33,687 nt of DNA from Gemmatimonadaceae bacterium (GCA_045804305.1 JBJMNM010000511.1:1-33687); one strand, 5' to 3'. Positions 8,668 to 16,907 are shown, numbered from the stretch's first letter. Notes: generated by a model not told the origin, from the letters alone. A program made the numbers and translations.

Positions 8668-8703
8668 TGAACAACAGGACCACCGACGGCGGTCCGTTGT
8701 TCA
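8668..8703. promoter_or_regulatory. Palindrome/hairpin TGAACAAC(A)GGACC-N9-GGTCCGTTGTTCA in the fadI leader; candidate operator or leader structure
   Basis: Read directly: 8668-8681 pairs with 8691-8703 (13 bp, one bulged A at 8676, 9-nt loop). It sits 28 nt upstream of the fadI start codon in the fadI/glpD divergent region. Confidence 0.35.
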
Positions 8704-8771
8704 GTGCAAGGACGCCACAAGCTGCAAGCCATCAAGCAACAGGCTTTCGCCGACCTCTGTACCGAATGGCA

Positions 8772-8860
8772 TCGCGAAACTTGGTCCCACAGGTGACCGG
8801 GGCGGAAAAAGCAACGGGTTGTCGTTCCGCCGTCGTCACGAACCAGCTCAAGTTTCGCGA
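8772..8860. other. Roughly 89-nt element with nested helices (possible structured leader or small RNA; strand and function unknown)
   Basis: Perfect 11-bp outer helix TCGCGAAACTT (8772-8782) with AAGTTTCGCGA (8850-8860). Inner helices GTGAC (8793-8797) with GTCAC (8835-8839), and GGCGGAA (8801-8807) with TTCCGCC (8825-8831). Local GC is lower than in the flanking genes. Confidence 0.3.
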
Positions 8861-8897
8861 CCTCCTTCGCACTTCGCGATCAGCGAAAGCTTGAAGC

Positions 8898-10619
8898 TTG
8901 ACAGCTTGCTGCTTGCAGCGTTTCCTGCACTGGCTTCCGGGCTCATCGCTCACAGCTTCCCCAGAGGACGCTCTGCTCCCTATTTCTTCCCCAGATGCAG
9001 CGCGCCAGCTTCGCCTGCATGCCCTCGGCAGCACGCCCTTCGACCTTCTCGTCATCGGCGGCGGCATCACGGGCGCGGGCGTGGCGCGCGATGCGGCGCG
9101 GCGAGGGCTGCGCACGGCACTCGTGGAGCAGGACGACTTCGCGAGCGGAACGTCGAGCCGCTCGTCGCGGCTGATCCATGGCGGCGTGCGCTACCTCGAG
9201 CATGGGCAGCTGCACCTCGTGTTCGAGTCGAGCAGCGAGCGACGCACGCTGCAGCACATCGCGCCGCATCTCGTGCGTCCGCTGGATTTCGTGTGGCCGG
9301 TGTACGCCGGCGCGCGCGTGCCGCGGTGGAAGCTGGCCGCCGCGCTCACGCTGTACGATCTGCTCGCCCTGTTCCGCAACGTGGCGCGGCACGAGCGGCT
9401 CAGTGCGCGCGACGTACTGGCTCGCGAGCCTCGACTGCGGGCCGAGGCGCTGCGCGGCGGCGCTCGCTACTGGGACGCCGCCACGGACGACGCGCGCCTC
9501 ACTCTGGCGACGGTTCGCTCGGCCGAGGCGGCCGGCGCCGTCGTGCTGAATCACGCGCGCGTGACGGCGCTCTCGCGCGCCGGCGGCCGCGTGTCGGGCG
9601 CGCATGTTCAGGACACCGTGACCAATACGAGCGCGGCGGTGAACGCACGCGTCGTGGTGAATGCGACCGGGCCCTGGAGCGATGTCGTGGAGAGCTTGGC
9701 CGACGGCTCGAGCCAGCACCACGTGCGCGGGAGCAAGGGCGTGCACATCAGCGTGGCGCGCGAGCGACTGGGAAACACGAGCGCGCTCACCCTGATCGCG
9801 CCGCGCGACGGACGCGTGATGTTCATCCTCCCCTCGGGCGACTTCGCGATCGTCGGCACCACCGACACCTACGAGAGCGTGGCCCCCGAGGAGGTGCGCG
9901 CGTCGATGGCGGATGTGGAGTACCTGCTCGAGGCGGCGAACCACTTCTTTCCGGCAGCGCACCTGACACGCGATGATGTGGTCTCCGCCTGGGCGGGCCT
10001 GCGTCCGCTCGCCGCCGAAACGTCGGATTCGTCCGACCCCGGAAGCGCCTCTCGCGAGCACGCCATCGGAGAGCGCGTCCCAGGCCTCGTGAGCGTGACC
10101 GGCGGAAAGCTCACCACGTACCGCGCGATGGCGCGCCAGGTCGTGGACGCCGCGCAACGCTCACTCGGCACGACACCAACGCGCGCCACCACGGCGCGCG
10201 TACCGCTGACGGGCGGTATCGTCACGGACCTGGCGCGCGAGATCGTCGACGCCACGGCGCTCGCCGGCGACGCGAGAGTCGGGGCGCGGCTGGTGCACGC
10301 ACACGGCAGCGAGTGGCGCGCGGTGCTCGCGCTCGCGGCGGCCGATCCCACGCTTGCCGATCGCGTGGAGCCGTCGCGCCCGTACCTCCTCGCCGAGCTG
10401 CGCTACGCCGTGAACGAGGAGCACGCCGTGACACTCGGCGACCTGCTCATCCGGCGCATGCCCGTCGCGTTCGAGACGCGCGATCATGGCCGCCGCGCCG
10501 CGCAGCGAGTCGCCCCGCTCGTGGCGCAGTGGCTGGGCTGGAGCGCGGGCCAGACCGGCACCGCGCTCGGGAACTATGCAGCGGAAGTCGACCGGCTGTT
10601 CCGCATCGAGGACGCCTAG
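8898..10619 (+). CDS. glpD: FAD-dependent glycerol-3-phosphate dehydrogenase
   Basis: FDLLVIGGGITGAGVARDAARRG dinucleotide-binding motif, DAO-family body and GlpD-type C-terminal helical domain. Start uncertain: the only canonical in-frame starts upstream of the Rossmann motif are TTG at 8898 and TTG at 8913, and GC3 is low for the first ~30 codons. Confidence 0.88.
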   Translation: MTACCLQRFLHWLPGSSLTASPEDALLPISSPDAARQLRLHALGSTPFDLLVIGGGITGAGVARDAARRGLRTALVEQDDFASGTSSRSSRLIHGGVRYLEHGQLHLVFESSSERRTLQHIAPHLVRPLDFVWPVYAGARVPRWKLAAALTLYDLLALFRNVARHERLSARDVLAREPRLRAEALRGGARYWDAATDDARLTLATVRSAEAAGAVVLNHARVTALSRAGGRVSGAHVQDTVTNTSAAVNARVVVNATGPWSDVVESLADGSSQHHVRGSKGVHISVARERLGNTSALTLIAPRDGRVMFILPSGDFAIVGTTDTYESVAPEEVRASMADVEYLLEAANHFFPAAHLTRDDVVSAWAGLRPLAAETSDSSDPGSASREHAIGERVPGLVSVTGGKLTTYRAMARQVVDAAQRSLGTTPTRATTARVPLTGGIVTDLAREIVDATALAGDARVGARLVHAHGSEWRAVLALAAADPTLADRVEPSRPYLLAELRYAVNEEHAVTLGDLLIRRMPVAFETRDHGRRAAQRVAPLVAQWLGWSAGQTGTALGNYAAEVDRLFRIEDA

Positions 10620-11098
10620 AGGTCGTCTTCCTTCAGCTGATGGATCGTCTGCAGCTGCGTGACCCTGAGCTGGCGCACGACGGACGGAAGCTTGAGGTAG
10701 GCGATCTCCCCGACCTTCTTGCCGAGCAGTGCGCGTCCGATGGGCGACGACATGGTGACCTGTCCCTCCTCGAACTCCAGCGAATCGCCGAACACCAGAT
10801 CGTAGGTCTCATCCAACCCTGTCTTCTCGTCGGTGACGACCACCTTGGAGCCGAGTCCGACGCGGTCGTCGGGAATCTGGGTCAGGTCGATGGACGAGAG
10901 CTTGCTCAGCCGCTCGCGCAACTGGCCCAGGCGGGCGCGCACGAACTGCTGGCGCTCGAGCGCCGCCTTGTATTCACTGTTCTCGCGCAGGTCGCCCATC
11001 TCGACGGCCCGCCGGATCTCGCTGGGCAGAGTAACGTTGAGCTCGAACTGCAGCTTCTCGACTTCTTCCCCGAGTTTTGACTTGAGCGCTTCAATCAT
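10616..11098 (-). CDS. greA: Transcription elongation factor GreA
   Basis: MIEALKSKL...MGDLRENSEYKAALERQQF (coiled-coil tip with the conserved D and E), and a C-terminal FKBP-like domain (VTMSSPIGRALLGKKVGE). Trimmed from the track start 11164 to ATG at 11098 to give a canonical 160-aa GreA. Confidence 0.9.
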   Translation of the reverse strand: MIEALKSKLGEEVEKLQFELNVTLPSEIRRAVEMGDLRENSEYKAALERQQFVRARLGQLRERLSKLSSIDLTQIPDDRVGLGSKVVVTDEKTGLDETYDLVFGDSLEFEEGQVTMSSPIGRALLGKKVGEIAYLKLPSVVRQLRVTQLQTIHQLKEDDL

Positions 11099-11212
11099 GA
11101 GGATGCCGGACTGCGAGACGCGAAAAAAATGGGGCGCCGAGCCGAGGGCCGGGCGCCACGTCATTGCATTCTATAGTGCTCGGAGCGCCGTGGCAATTCA
11201 GGCCCTGTCTGC

Positions 11213-12010
11213 GTGAGTCTCGACGTCCAGGTCGTCGAGCCCGACGTCCTCCGCCTTCGCATGCGGTCATGGCAGGGCATGCTGGCGGGCTACGAGGTGA
11301 GTGCGTACGTGGTGCGAGGCGTCCTCATCGACACCGGCTTTCCACGCGCCACCCGGGAGCTCCACTCCGCGCTCGACACGCTCGCGCCGCGCGGCGTGGT
11401 CGTGACGCACTGGCACGAGGATCACGCCGGCAACGCGCCGTCGCTCGCCGAGCGCGGCCTGCCCATGCGCATGCATCCCGACTGCGAGGCGCGGCTGCGC
11501 GCGCGGCCGCCGATTCGCGCCTATCGTCACCTGGTGTGGGGTGCGACCGCGCGACTCGAGGCGCCATTGGAACCGTTCGATCCGGCGCCGCTCGCGATCG
11601 TTCATCTTCCCGGCCACACACGCGATCACGTGGTGGTCTGGGACGCCGAGCGGAAGGTGCTCGTCTCAGGCGACCTCTTCCTTGGCGTGAAGGTGCGCGT
11701 GGCACACGAGAGCGAATCGCCGCGCATGCTCGTCACGAGCCTGCGTACCGCCGCCGCGCTCGAGCCGCGTCTCCTGCTCGACGCGCATCGCGGTCCCCTC
11801 ACCGACGCTGCAGCGAAGCTTCGCGCCAAAGCCGACTGGCTCGTGGACAGGATCTACGAGATCGAGTTGCTCGCCGCCCGTAGCTGGGACGAACGCGACA
11901 TCGCGCGACACGTCCTCGGCCGCGAGGCGTTGGTGGGGTGGGCGAGCTGGTTCGAGTATTCGAAGATCGGTCTCGTGCGCGCCGTGCTGCGCGACGCCCG
12001 AGGTCCTTAG
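11213..12010 (+). CDS. MBL-fold metallo-hydrolase
   Basis: 265 aa, GTG start. HxHxDH motif in VVVTHWHEDHAGN, with later His/Asp ligands (HLPGHTRDH, SGD). Confidence 0.85.
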   Translation: MSLDVQVVEPDVLRLRMRSWQGMLAGYEVSAYVVRGVLIDTGFPRATRELHSALDTLAPRGVVVTHWHEDHAGNAPSLAERGLPMRMHPDCEARLRARPPIRAYRHLVWGATARLEAPLEPFDPAPLAIVHLPGHTRDHVVVWDAERKVLVSGDLFLGVKVRVAHESESPRMLVTSLRTAAALEPRLLLDAHRGPLTDAAAKLRAKADWLVDRIYEIELLAARSWDERDIARHVLGREALVGWASWFEYSKIGLVRAVLRDARGP

Positions 12011-12522
12011 ATGCCGGGCCACCGGTCGTCAGCGGTCGGGCCATACATCTGCGGTACCTTCTGATCCACGAGTCGCAGGTAGACGCCGAGCTGCGCACGG
12101 TGGTGCACGAGGTGATTCAGCACCATCTGGCGCAGGATCATGTACCGCGGCTGCGTGAGCACGGGATTGCCCCCGGCCTTGAGCGTCCACGGCACCTGGA
12201 AGTCGGCATCGGTCGCTTTGGCGAGGGCGGCGCGGCCCGCCGTGGCGTTCTTGTCGAACATCGCGACCAGGGTGCTGGTCTTCTCGATGGTGTAGCCGGA
12301 GCCGCGCGGCTTGTCCTTGGGCGCGAGGTCGAGCTCCGTCTGCTCCAGCGTCTTCACCACCCAGTCGGGCAGCATGGCGACGAGCTGTGCCAGATGCGCC
12401 ATCATGAACGACTTCGGGTGCGGCTTCCATTCCGCCTTGTCGTCCGGCACGCGCTCGAGAACCTTGCGCGTGATCGTGATCTCGCTGTCGTACTCGGGAA
12501 GGAGGAGCGCAGAAATGGTCAT
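12007..12522 (-). CDS. DinB-family (DinB_2-like four-helix bundle) protein
   Basis: 171 aa with typical DinB-fold spacing of His residues (MMAHLAQL...NHLVHHRAQL). Codirectional with and 64 nt downstream of the DHS-like gene. Confidence 0.82.
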   Translation of the reverse strand: MTISALLLPEYDSEITITRKVLERVPDDKAEWKPHPKSFMMAHLAQLVAMLPDWVVKTLEQTELDLAPKDKPRGSGYTIEKTSTLVAMFDKNATAGRAALAKATDADFQVPWTLKAGGNPVLTQPRYMILRQMVLNHLVHHRAQLGVYLRLVDQKVPQMYGPTADDRWPGI

Positions 12523-12526
12523 GCCC

Positions 12527-12566
12527 GTGAACGGTGAAGGTGAATGGTGAACGGTAAACCGTCAGG
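12527..12566. repeat. Tandem 6-7-nt array GTGAACG GTGAAG GTGAATG GTGAACG GTAAACC GTCAGG, directly upstream of the DinB-family start
   Basis: Read directly. On the coding (minus) strand it reads CGTTCAC CATTCAC CTTCAC CGTTCAC GGGC ATG and occupies the position where an RBS would be. No Shine-Dalgarno is visible. Confidence 0.7.
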
Positions 12567-12586
12567 GCGCAGAGTAGGGAGCTTGG

Positions 12587-13897
12587 TCAACGGTGCATCG
12601 GCAGCTTCGCGTCCGTCTCGCTCGGCTCCGCCGGCGCGCCGCCTGCCTTCTCGAATTCGCGGCGCAGTACCGTCATGTTGTGCACACGCTTGTCGAGCAG
12701 ACGCTTGAGCTTCCGCGGCTCGTGCCGCGCGTGCGCATACGCGGTGATGAGCGGCAGCGCGACGGTGGTATCGAGGTAGCACACCACGGCGTCGGGCAGA
12801 CGATCCGGGTCGATCTTGCCCCAGCTCACCGCCTCGGCGGGCGTGGCGCCCGAGAGCCCGCCGGTGTCCGGGCGTGCATCGGTGATCTGGAGGAAGTAGT
12901 CGTGCCCCTTCTCGTCGATGCCGAGCACCTCCTGGATCTGCGGCTCGGTCTGGAGCGCGAAGTTCTTCGGGCTGCCCCCGCCGCAGATCATCACGGCGCT
13001 CTTGCCGCCGCCGCGCTTGGCGCCGAGCACGATGGACGCCGTCTCGTTCACGTCGGCGTTGGGATCGATCACGAGCTTGTTTCCCTCGAGCGCCACGGCG
13101 GCGATGTTCATCCCGATCGAGGAATCGCCCGGCGACGACGTGTAGATCGGCACGCCGCACTCGTACGCGACGCCGAGCAGCGACTTGTTGCCGATGCCGA
13201 GCGCCTTCTCGCGCTCCCGGATGTACTTCCCGCACAGCGCATGGAACTCGGCGCTGCTCATCGGCCGCTGGAACTCGGGACCGGTGATGATCTTCCGGAA
13301 GAACGCGTCGGTGCTGAGCAGGACGTCGTAGTCGAAGAAGATGTCGTAGATGCGGACGATCCCTTCTTCGCGCAGCACGGTGTCGCTTGCTGTCGGATTC
13401 CCGCGGTGCATGGCCAATCCAAGACCGAAGTGCGCGTCGTGGTAGAGGTTCGCGCCGGTGGAGATGATCCAGTCCACGAACCCCGCCTCGAGGAGCGGGA
13501 TGAGCGACGACATCCCGAGCCCGGCCGGCGTGAGCGCGCCGGTGAGGGTGAGGCCAATGGTGACGTCGGGCTCCAACATCTTCTTCGTGAACAGCTGGCA
13601 GGCTTCACGGAGCCGAGCGGCGTTGTACGCCTGGAAGGTCCCGTCGATGAGATCCGCCGCCGTCTCGCTCCCGTCGATGCGGCGCGGCTCGATCCTTCCG
13701 CCGCTCAGGAACTTTGAGCCCTCGTGCGAGGTGTGCTTCGCGCCGGCCTTTTCCCGCTCCTCGGCGGCGCGCTTCTGCTCGCTCTTGTTGCCGGCGGCGG
13801 ACGCCTTCTGCTTGCCGCTGCCATGGCGCGACGCCTTGAAGCCGCCACGCTCGCGGCCCCCACCGTCGTCCTTCGGTGTGCCTTTCTTGCTGGCCAT
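12587..13897 (-). CDS. Deoxyhypusine synthase family (DHS-like / homospermidine-synthase-like) NAD-dependent enzyme with a basic low-complexity N-terminal tail
   Basis: DS-family core from about residue 65 ([24 protein letters not shown]...[12 protein letters not shown]...[15 protein letters not shown]...GGGSPKNF). Start trimmed to ATG at 13897 ([19 protein letters not shown]...), which overlaps the LOG stop (TAATG). No other canonical in-frame start lies before the conserved core. GC3 is very high throughout. Confidence 0.85.
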   Translation of the reverse strand: MASKKGTPKDDGGGRERGGFKASRHGSGKQKASAAGNKSEQKRAAEEREKAGAKHTSHEGSKFLSGGRIEPRRIDGSETAADLIDGTFQAYNAARLREACQLFTKKMLEPDVTIGLTLTGALTPAGLGMSSLIPLLEAGFVDWIISTGANLYHDAHFGLGLAMHRGNPTASDTVLREEGIVRIYDIFFDYDVLLSTDAFFRKIITGPEFQRPMSSAEFHALCGKYIREREKALGIGNKSLLGVAYECGVPIYTSSPGDSSIGMNIAAVALEGNKLVIDPNADVNETASIVLGAKRGGGKSAVMICGGGSPKNFALQTEPQIQEVLGIDEKGHDYFLQITDARPDTGGLSGATPAEAVSWGKIDPDRLPDAVVCYLDTTVALPLITAYAHARHEPRKLKRLLDKRVHNMTVLRREFEKAGGAPAEPSETDAKLPMHR

Positions 13898-14871
13898 TAC
13901 GGGATGTCCTTCCTGGAGCCGGTGATGCCGTTGGCCGCATTGTATGCCGCGATCACGGCGTGCGCGGCCTCGCGCGGGTCGTCGGTGAGTAGCATCAGGT
14001 CCATGTCGCCGGCGGAGATCTTCCGCTCGACCAACACCCGCGACTGGAGCCACCGAATCAGCCCCGCCCAGTAGTGGCGCCCGAACAGGATCACCGGAAA
14101 CTGGTAGATCTTTCCCGTCTGGATGAGAGTGAGCGCCTCGAACGCTTCATCGAGCGTGCCGAAGCCGCCGGGGAAGATGATGAACGCGCTCGAGTACTTG
14201 ATGAACATCGTCTTCCGGACGAAGAAGTATCGGAAGTTCACGAGCACGTCGACGTAGGGATTGGCCCCCTGCTCGAATGGCAGCTCGATGTTGCAGCCGA
14301 TCGATTTGCCACCGCCTTCCTTCGCGCCCTTGTTCGCCGCCTCCATGATGCCGGGGCCGGCGCCCGTGATGATGGAGAAGCCGGCCTCGGCGAGGAGTCG
14401 CGCCGTTTCCTCCGCGGCGAGGTATTGCGGATCGTCGGGCGCCGTGCGCGCCGAGCCGAAGATCGAGACGCCACGCTCCACCTTGGCGAGGTTGTCGAAC
14501 CCCTCGATGAACTCGCCCATGATGCGCATCACGCGCCAGGTGTCGGTGCGCGTGAAGTCGCCGGGGGCGCGACGGTCCTCGACCGGGGCCTGGAGGAGCT
14601 TCTCGTCCTCCGTGACGGGGCCGACGAAGTCGCGCAGATCGTCGTCGATCTTGCGCACGGCACCGGCGCTTCGCCGCGCGCCTGTCTGCGACGGCGGCGT
14701 ACGTCCGGCGGCGCGGTGCCCCTCTTCGGTGCGCTCACGGAGTCCTTCGCGCGACTCGGCCTGCGCCGCGGCGAGCTGGGCGGGATCTCCGCGCTTGCCT
14801 GTGGCGGTCCGCGGCGCGCGCTGCGTCCCGTCCTTGCTCGAGCGTGTCGATCCCTGTTTGCGAGTTGCCAT
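13897..14871 (-). CDS. LOG-family protein (TIGR00730; nucleoside 5'-monophosphate N-glycosidase, the family historically mislabelled lysine decarboxylase)
   Basis: [14 protein letters not shown]...VSIFGSAR...[17 protein letters not shown]...[15 protein letters not shown] (PGGxGTxxE). The 890-aa track ORF is an artefact upstream of ATG 14871. An internal GTG at 14658 is an alternative start that would remove the basic tail ([15 protein letters not shown]...). Confidence 0.85.
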   Translation of the reverse strand: MATRKQGSTRSSKDGTQRAPRTATGKRGDPAQLAAAQAESREGLRERTEEGHRAAGRTPPSQTGARRSAGAVRKIDDDLRDFVGPVTEDEKLLQAPVEDRRAPGDFTRTDTWRVMRIMGEFIEGFDNLAKVERGVSIFGSARTAPDDPQYLAAEETARLLAEAGFSIITGAGPGIMEAANKGAKEGGGKSIGCNIELPFEQGANPYVDVLVNFRYFFVRKTMFIKYSSAFIIFPGGFGTLDEAFEALTLIQTGKIYQFPVILFGRHYWAGLIRWLQSRVLVERKISAGDMDLMLLTDDPREAAHAVIAAYNAANGITGSRKDIP

Positions 14872-14900
14872 GCGGGAGTGTAGTCGAGGAGCGCCGTCTC

Positions 14901-14938
14901 GCGCCAGCGACACCGCGCCACGCTTGCCGCGCTGGCGC
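14901..14938. promoter_or_regulatory. 9-bp perfect inverted repeat GCGCCAGCG-N20-CGCTGGCGC in the LOG / phosphodiesterase divergent region
   Basis: Read directly (14901-14909 and 14930-14938). Followed by CGCGTCGCTTTTCTTCGCCG and then the ATG at 14959. Candidate operator or leader hairpin. Confidence 0.3.
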
Positions 14939-14958
14939 CGCGTCGCTTTTCTTCGCCG

Positions 14959-16356
14959 ATGCCCGTGATTCTTCTGGTCGCCGACGGCGCCCGCCCCGAT
15001 GCGTTCGCCGGCGACCTGTCGGGGCTGCCCGCCTTGCGACGCCTGCGCGACGAAGGCGGGCTCCACGAGGTGACGTCGGTCTTCCCGTCCGTCACCGGCC
15101 CGGCCTATACGCCCTTCCTGCTCGGCCGCTTCCCGGGCCCGATCGGCGTGCCCGGACTCCGCTGGTACGATCGCGCGCGAACCGCGGCGGGCTGGCCTGA
15201 TCACGCGCGCAGCTACGTCGGCTACGAGATGGGTCGCATCAACCGCGACCTCGATCCCGCCGCACCGACGATCTTCGAACTGGTGCCCAACAGCGTCGCG
15301 GCACTCAGCGTGGTGACGCGAGGTCTCGCCAGCAGTCGTCGCATCGGCGGCATCTCGGCGCGCTCGGCGCTGAGGGCCGCGCTCACGCACTTTCGTGGAC
15401 GTCCCGAGCGATGGCTCGCACTGGACCGTGAAGTCGGGCATGCCGTCGTGGAGCGGATGCGGCAGGAGCGGCCCGACTATCTGTTCGCCGCGCTCACCGG
15501 CATCGACAAGGCCTCGCACGCGCGCGGCCACGGAGACGTGCTCGTGCGCGAGGCGCTGCACATCGTGGACGATGTCGCCGCGCGGCTGCGGCATGACGCC
15601 GAACGTGGCGGGTACTGGCACGACACGCATCTGTGGATCGCCAGCGATCACGGTCATTCGGCCGTGCACACGCACGACGACATCGCCGGTGCCGTCGCGA
15701 GCGAGGGGCACCGCACGGTCGCGCATCCTTGGTCGCTGCGCGTCGCCCCCGACGCAGCCGTGATGGTGAGCGGCAACGCGATGGCCCACGTGTACGTGGA
15801 GCTGAAGGCCCGCACGCGCATCGGCTGGACGGGGCTCGCGCCCAGGTGGAGCCGGCTGGCCGGCGCGCTGCTCGCGCGACCGTCGGTGGATCTGCTGCTC
15901 CTGCCGCTCTCCGCGCATCGCTGCGAGGTGCGCAACGCCGAGCGCGGAACGGCGGTCGTGGAGCGCGTCGGGGATCACTTCTACTACAGCCGTACGCGTG
16001 GCGACCCACTCGACGTCGGCGTCGATGTGGAGGGCAGCGCCGACGACGCATACGATGCGACGCGACGCGGCGCGTATCCGGACGCGATCGTGCAGATCGC
16101 CGCGCTGACCGCGTCCGCGCGCGCGGGCGATCTCATCCTCTCGGCGACACCCGGCTACGATTTCCGCGACCGCTACGAACCGATCCCGCACCGCAGCGCA
16201 CACGGCGCGCTGCATCGCGAGCACATGCTCGTGCCCCTGCTCATGAATCGGCGGCCTGTGCGGCCGCCACGGCGCACGACGGACCTCTTTGCCAGCACGC
16301 TCACCGCGCTCGGGGTGACACCGCCCATGCTCGTCGACGGACGGTCGTTTCTCTAG
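14959..16356 (+). CDS. Alkaline-phosphatase superfamily, nucleotide pyrophosphatase/phosphodiesterase (type I phosphodiesterase) family protein
   Basis: 465 aa. N-terminal metal and nucleophile region VILLVADGARPD...FPSVTGPAYTPFLLG, later IASDHGHS metal-binding motif. High GC3 in this frame, which identifies it as the real gene rather than the antisense 890-aa ORF. Confidence 0.85.
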   Translation: MPVILLVADGARPDAFAGDLSGLPALRRLRDEGGLHEVTSVFPSVTGPAYTPFLLGRFPGPIGVPGLRWYDRARTAAGWPDHARSYVGYEMGRINRDLDPAAPTIFELVPNSVAALSVVTRGLASSRRIGGISARSALRAALTHFRGRPERWLALDREVGHAVVERMRQERPDYLFAALTGIDKASHARGHGDVLVREALHIVDDVAARLRHDAERGGYWHDTHLWIASDHGHSAVHTHDDIAGAVASEGHRTVAHPWSLRVAPDAAVMVSGNAMAHVYVELKARTRIGWTGLAPRWSRLAGALLARPSVDLLLLPLSAHRCEVRNAERGTAVVERVGDHFYYSRTRGDPLDVGVDVEGSADDAYDATRRGAYPDAIVQIAALTASARAGDLILSATPGYDFRDRYEPIPHRSAHGALHREHMLVPLLMNRRPVRPPRRTTDLFASTLTALGVTPPMLVDGRSFL

Positions 16357-16382
16357 CGCGGCGAACGCGAGGCCCGCGGTGG

Positions 16383-16907
16383 TCAGAGGTGCAGGCTCAA
16401 GCCAAAGCTGGGTCGGCCGGCCCGCAATCCGGTGACTGGCCGCGGCGCGAGATCGAATTTCTCCCACCGCTCCCGTCCGATCAGCGCGCCGATCCCCGCG
16501 CCGTAGAGCGCGCCGCTCGCCGTCATGTACAAGGCGAAGCTCGTCAGGTCGCCGGACGTGTTGTTGCAATAGTCGCAGCTCTGAAGGGACGGCAGCGCCA
16601 CGGCGGCGATGATCAGTCCAACCGCGGAGCCCCAGACGACGCCACGTTGCGCGCCGAGCGATCGGCTGTTCCCGCGGCTCACCTCGAACGACGAGAGACG
16701 ATCGATCGGAACCGTGATCGGCTGGCTGTTCGGCCCGCCCACTCGCAGCGTATCTCCGTTTCGTGTGAGCACGGTCCCCTCATACCGGCCGGCAAGGATG
16801 CCAGGCGCCTCCAGGCGCACCCGCGCTCCGGGTTGCGCTTCGGTGAGCTGGGCGTGCAACGGCCGGGCGAACGCGAGCAGGGCGAACATCAGGATGCGGG
16901 GGCGCAT
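16383..16907 (-). CDS. Hypothetical secreted/membrane protein with Gly-rich hydrophobic C-terminal half
   Basis: Trimmed to ATG 16907. MRPRILMFALLAFARPLHAQ signal peptide, then hydrophobic Gly/Ala segments (VVWGSAVGLIIAAVAL, ASGALYGAGIGALIG). High GC3. No family recognised. Confidence 0.6.
   Translation of the reverse strand: MRPRILMFALLAFARPLHAQLTEAQPGARVRLEAPGILAGRYEGTVLTRNGDTLRVGGPNSQPITVPIDRLSSFEVSRGNSRSLGAQRGVVWGSAVGLIIAAVALPSLQSCDYCNNTSGDLTSFALYMTASGALYGAGIGALIGRERWEKFDLAPRPVTGLRAGRPSFGLSLHL

Noticed and set aside
8772-8860. tRNA or SRP (4.5S) RNA
   Set aside because: There is no cloverleaf with a GTTCRANYC T-loop on either strand. CAGGTGACCGGGGCGGAAAAAGCAAC only superficially resembles the SRP domain IV GGAA-tetraloop motif, and the predicted pairing is different.
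8507-10157. 489-aa plus ORF 8507..9976 and 404-aa minus ORF 8943..10157
   Set aside because: They are off-frame or antisense to glpD (and the fadI 5' end). No motifs, extreme Arg/Ala content.
13898-14053. 52-aa N-terminal extension of the DHS-like ORF (track start 14053)
   Set aside because: It overlaps the conserved C-terminus of the LOG gene in another frame. ATG 13897 gives a TAATG junction.
14872-16569. N-terminal ~565 residues of the 890-aa minus-strand ORF 13897..16569
   Set aside because: It is antisense to the phosphodiesterase gene, which has family motifs and high GC3. This part is Arg/Ala/Gly-rich with no recognisable domain. The real LOG gene begins at ATG 14871. Long open antisense frames are expected at this GC content.
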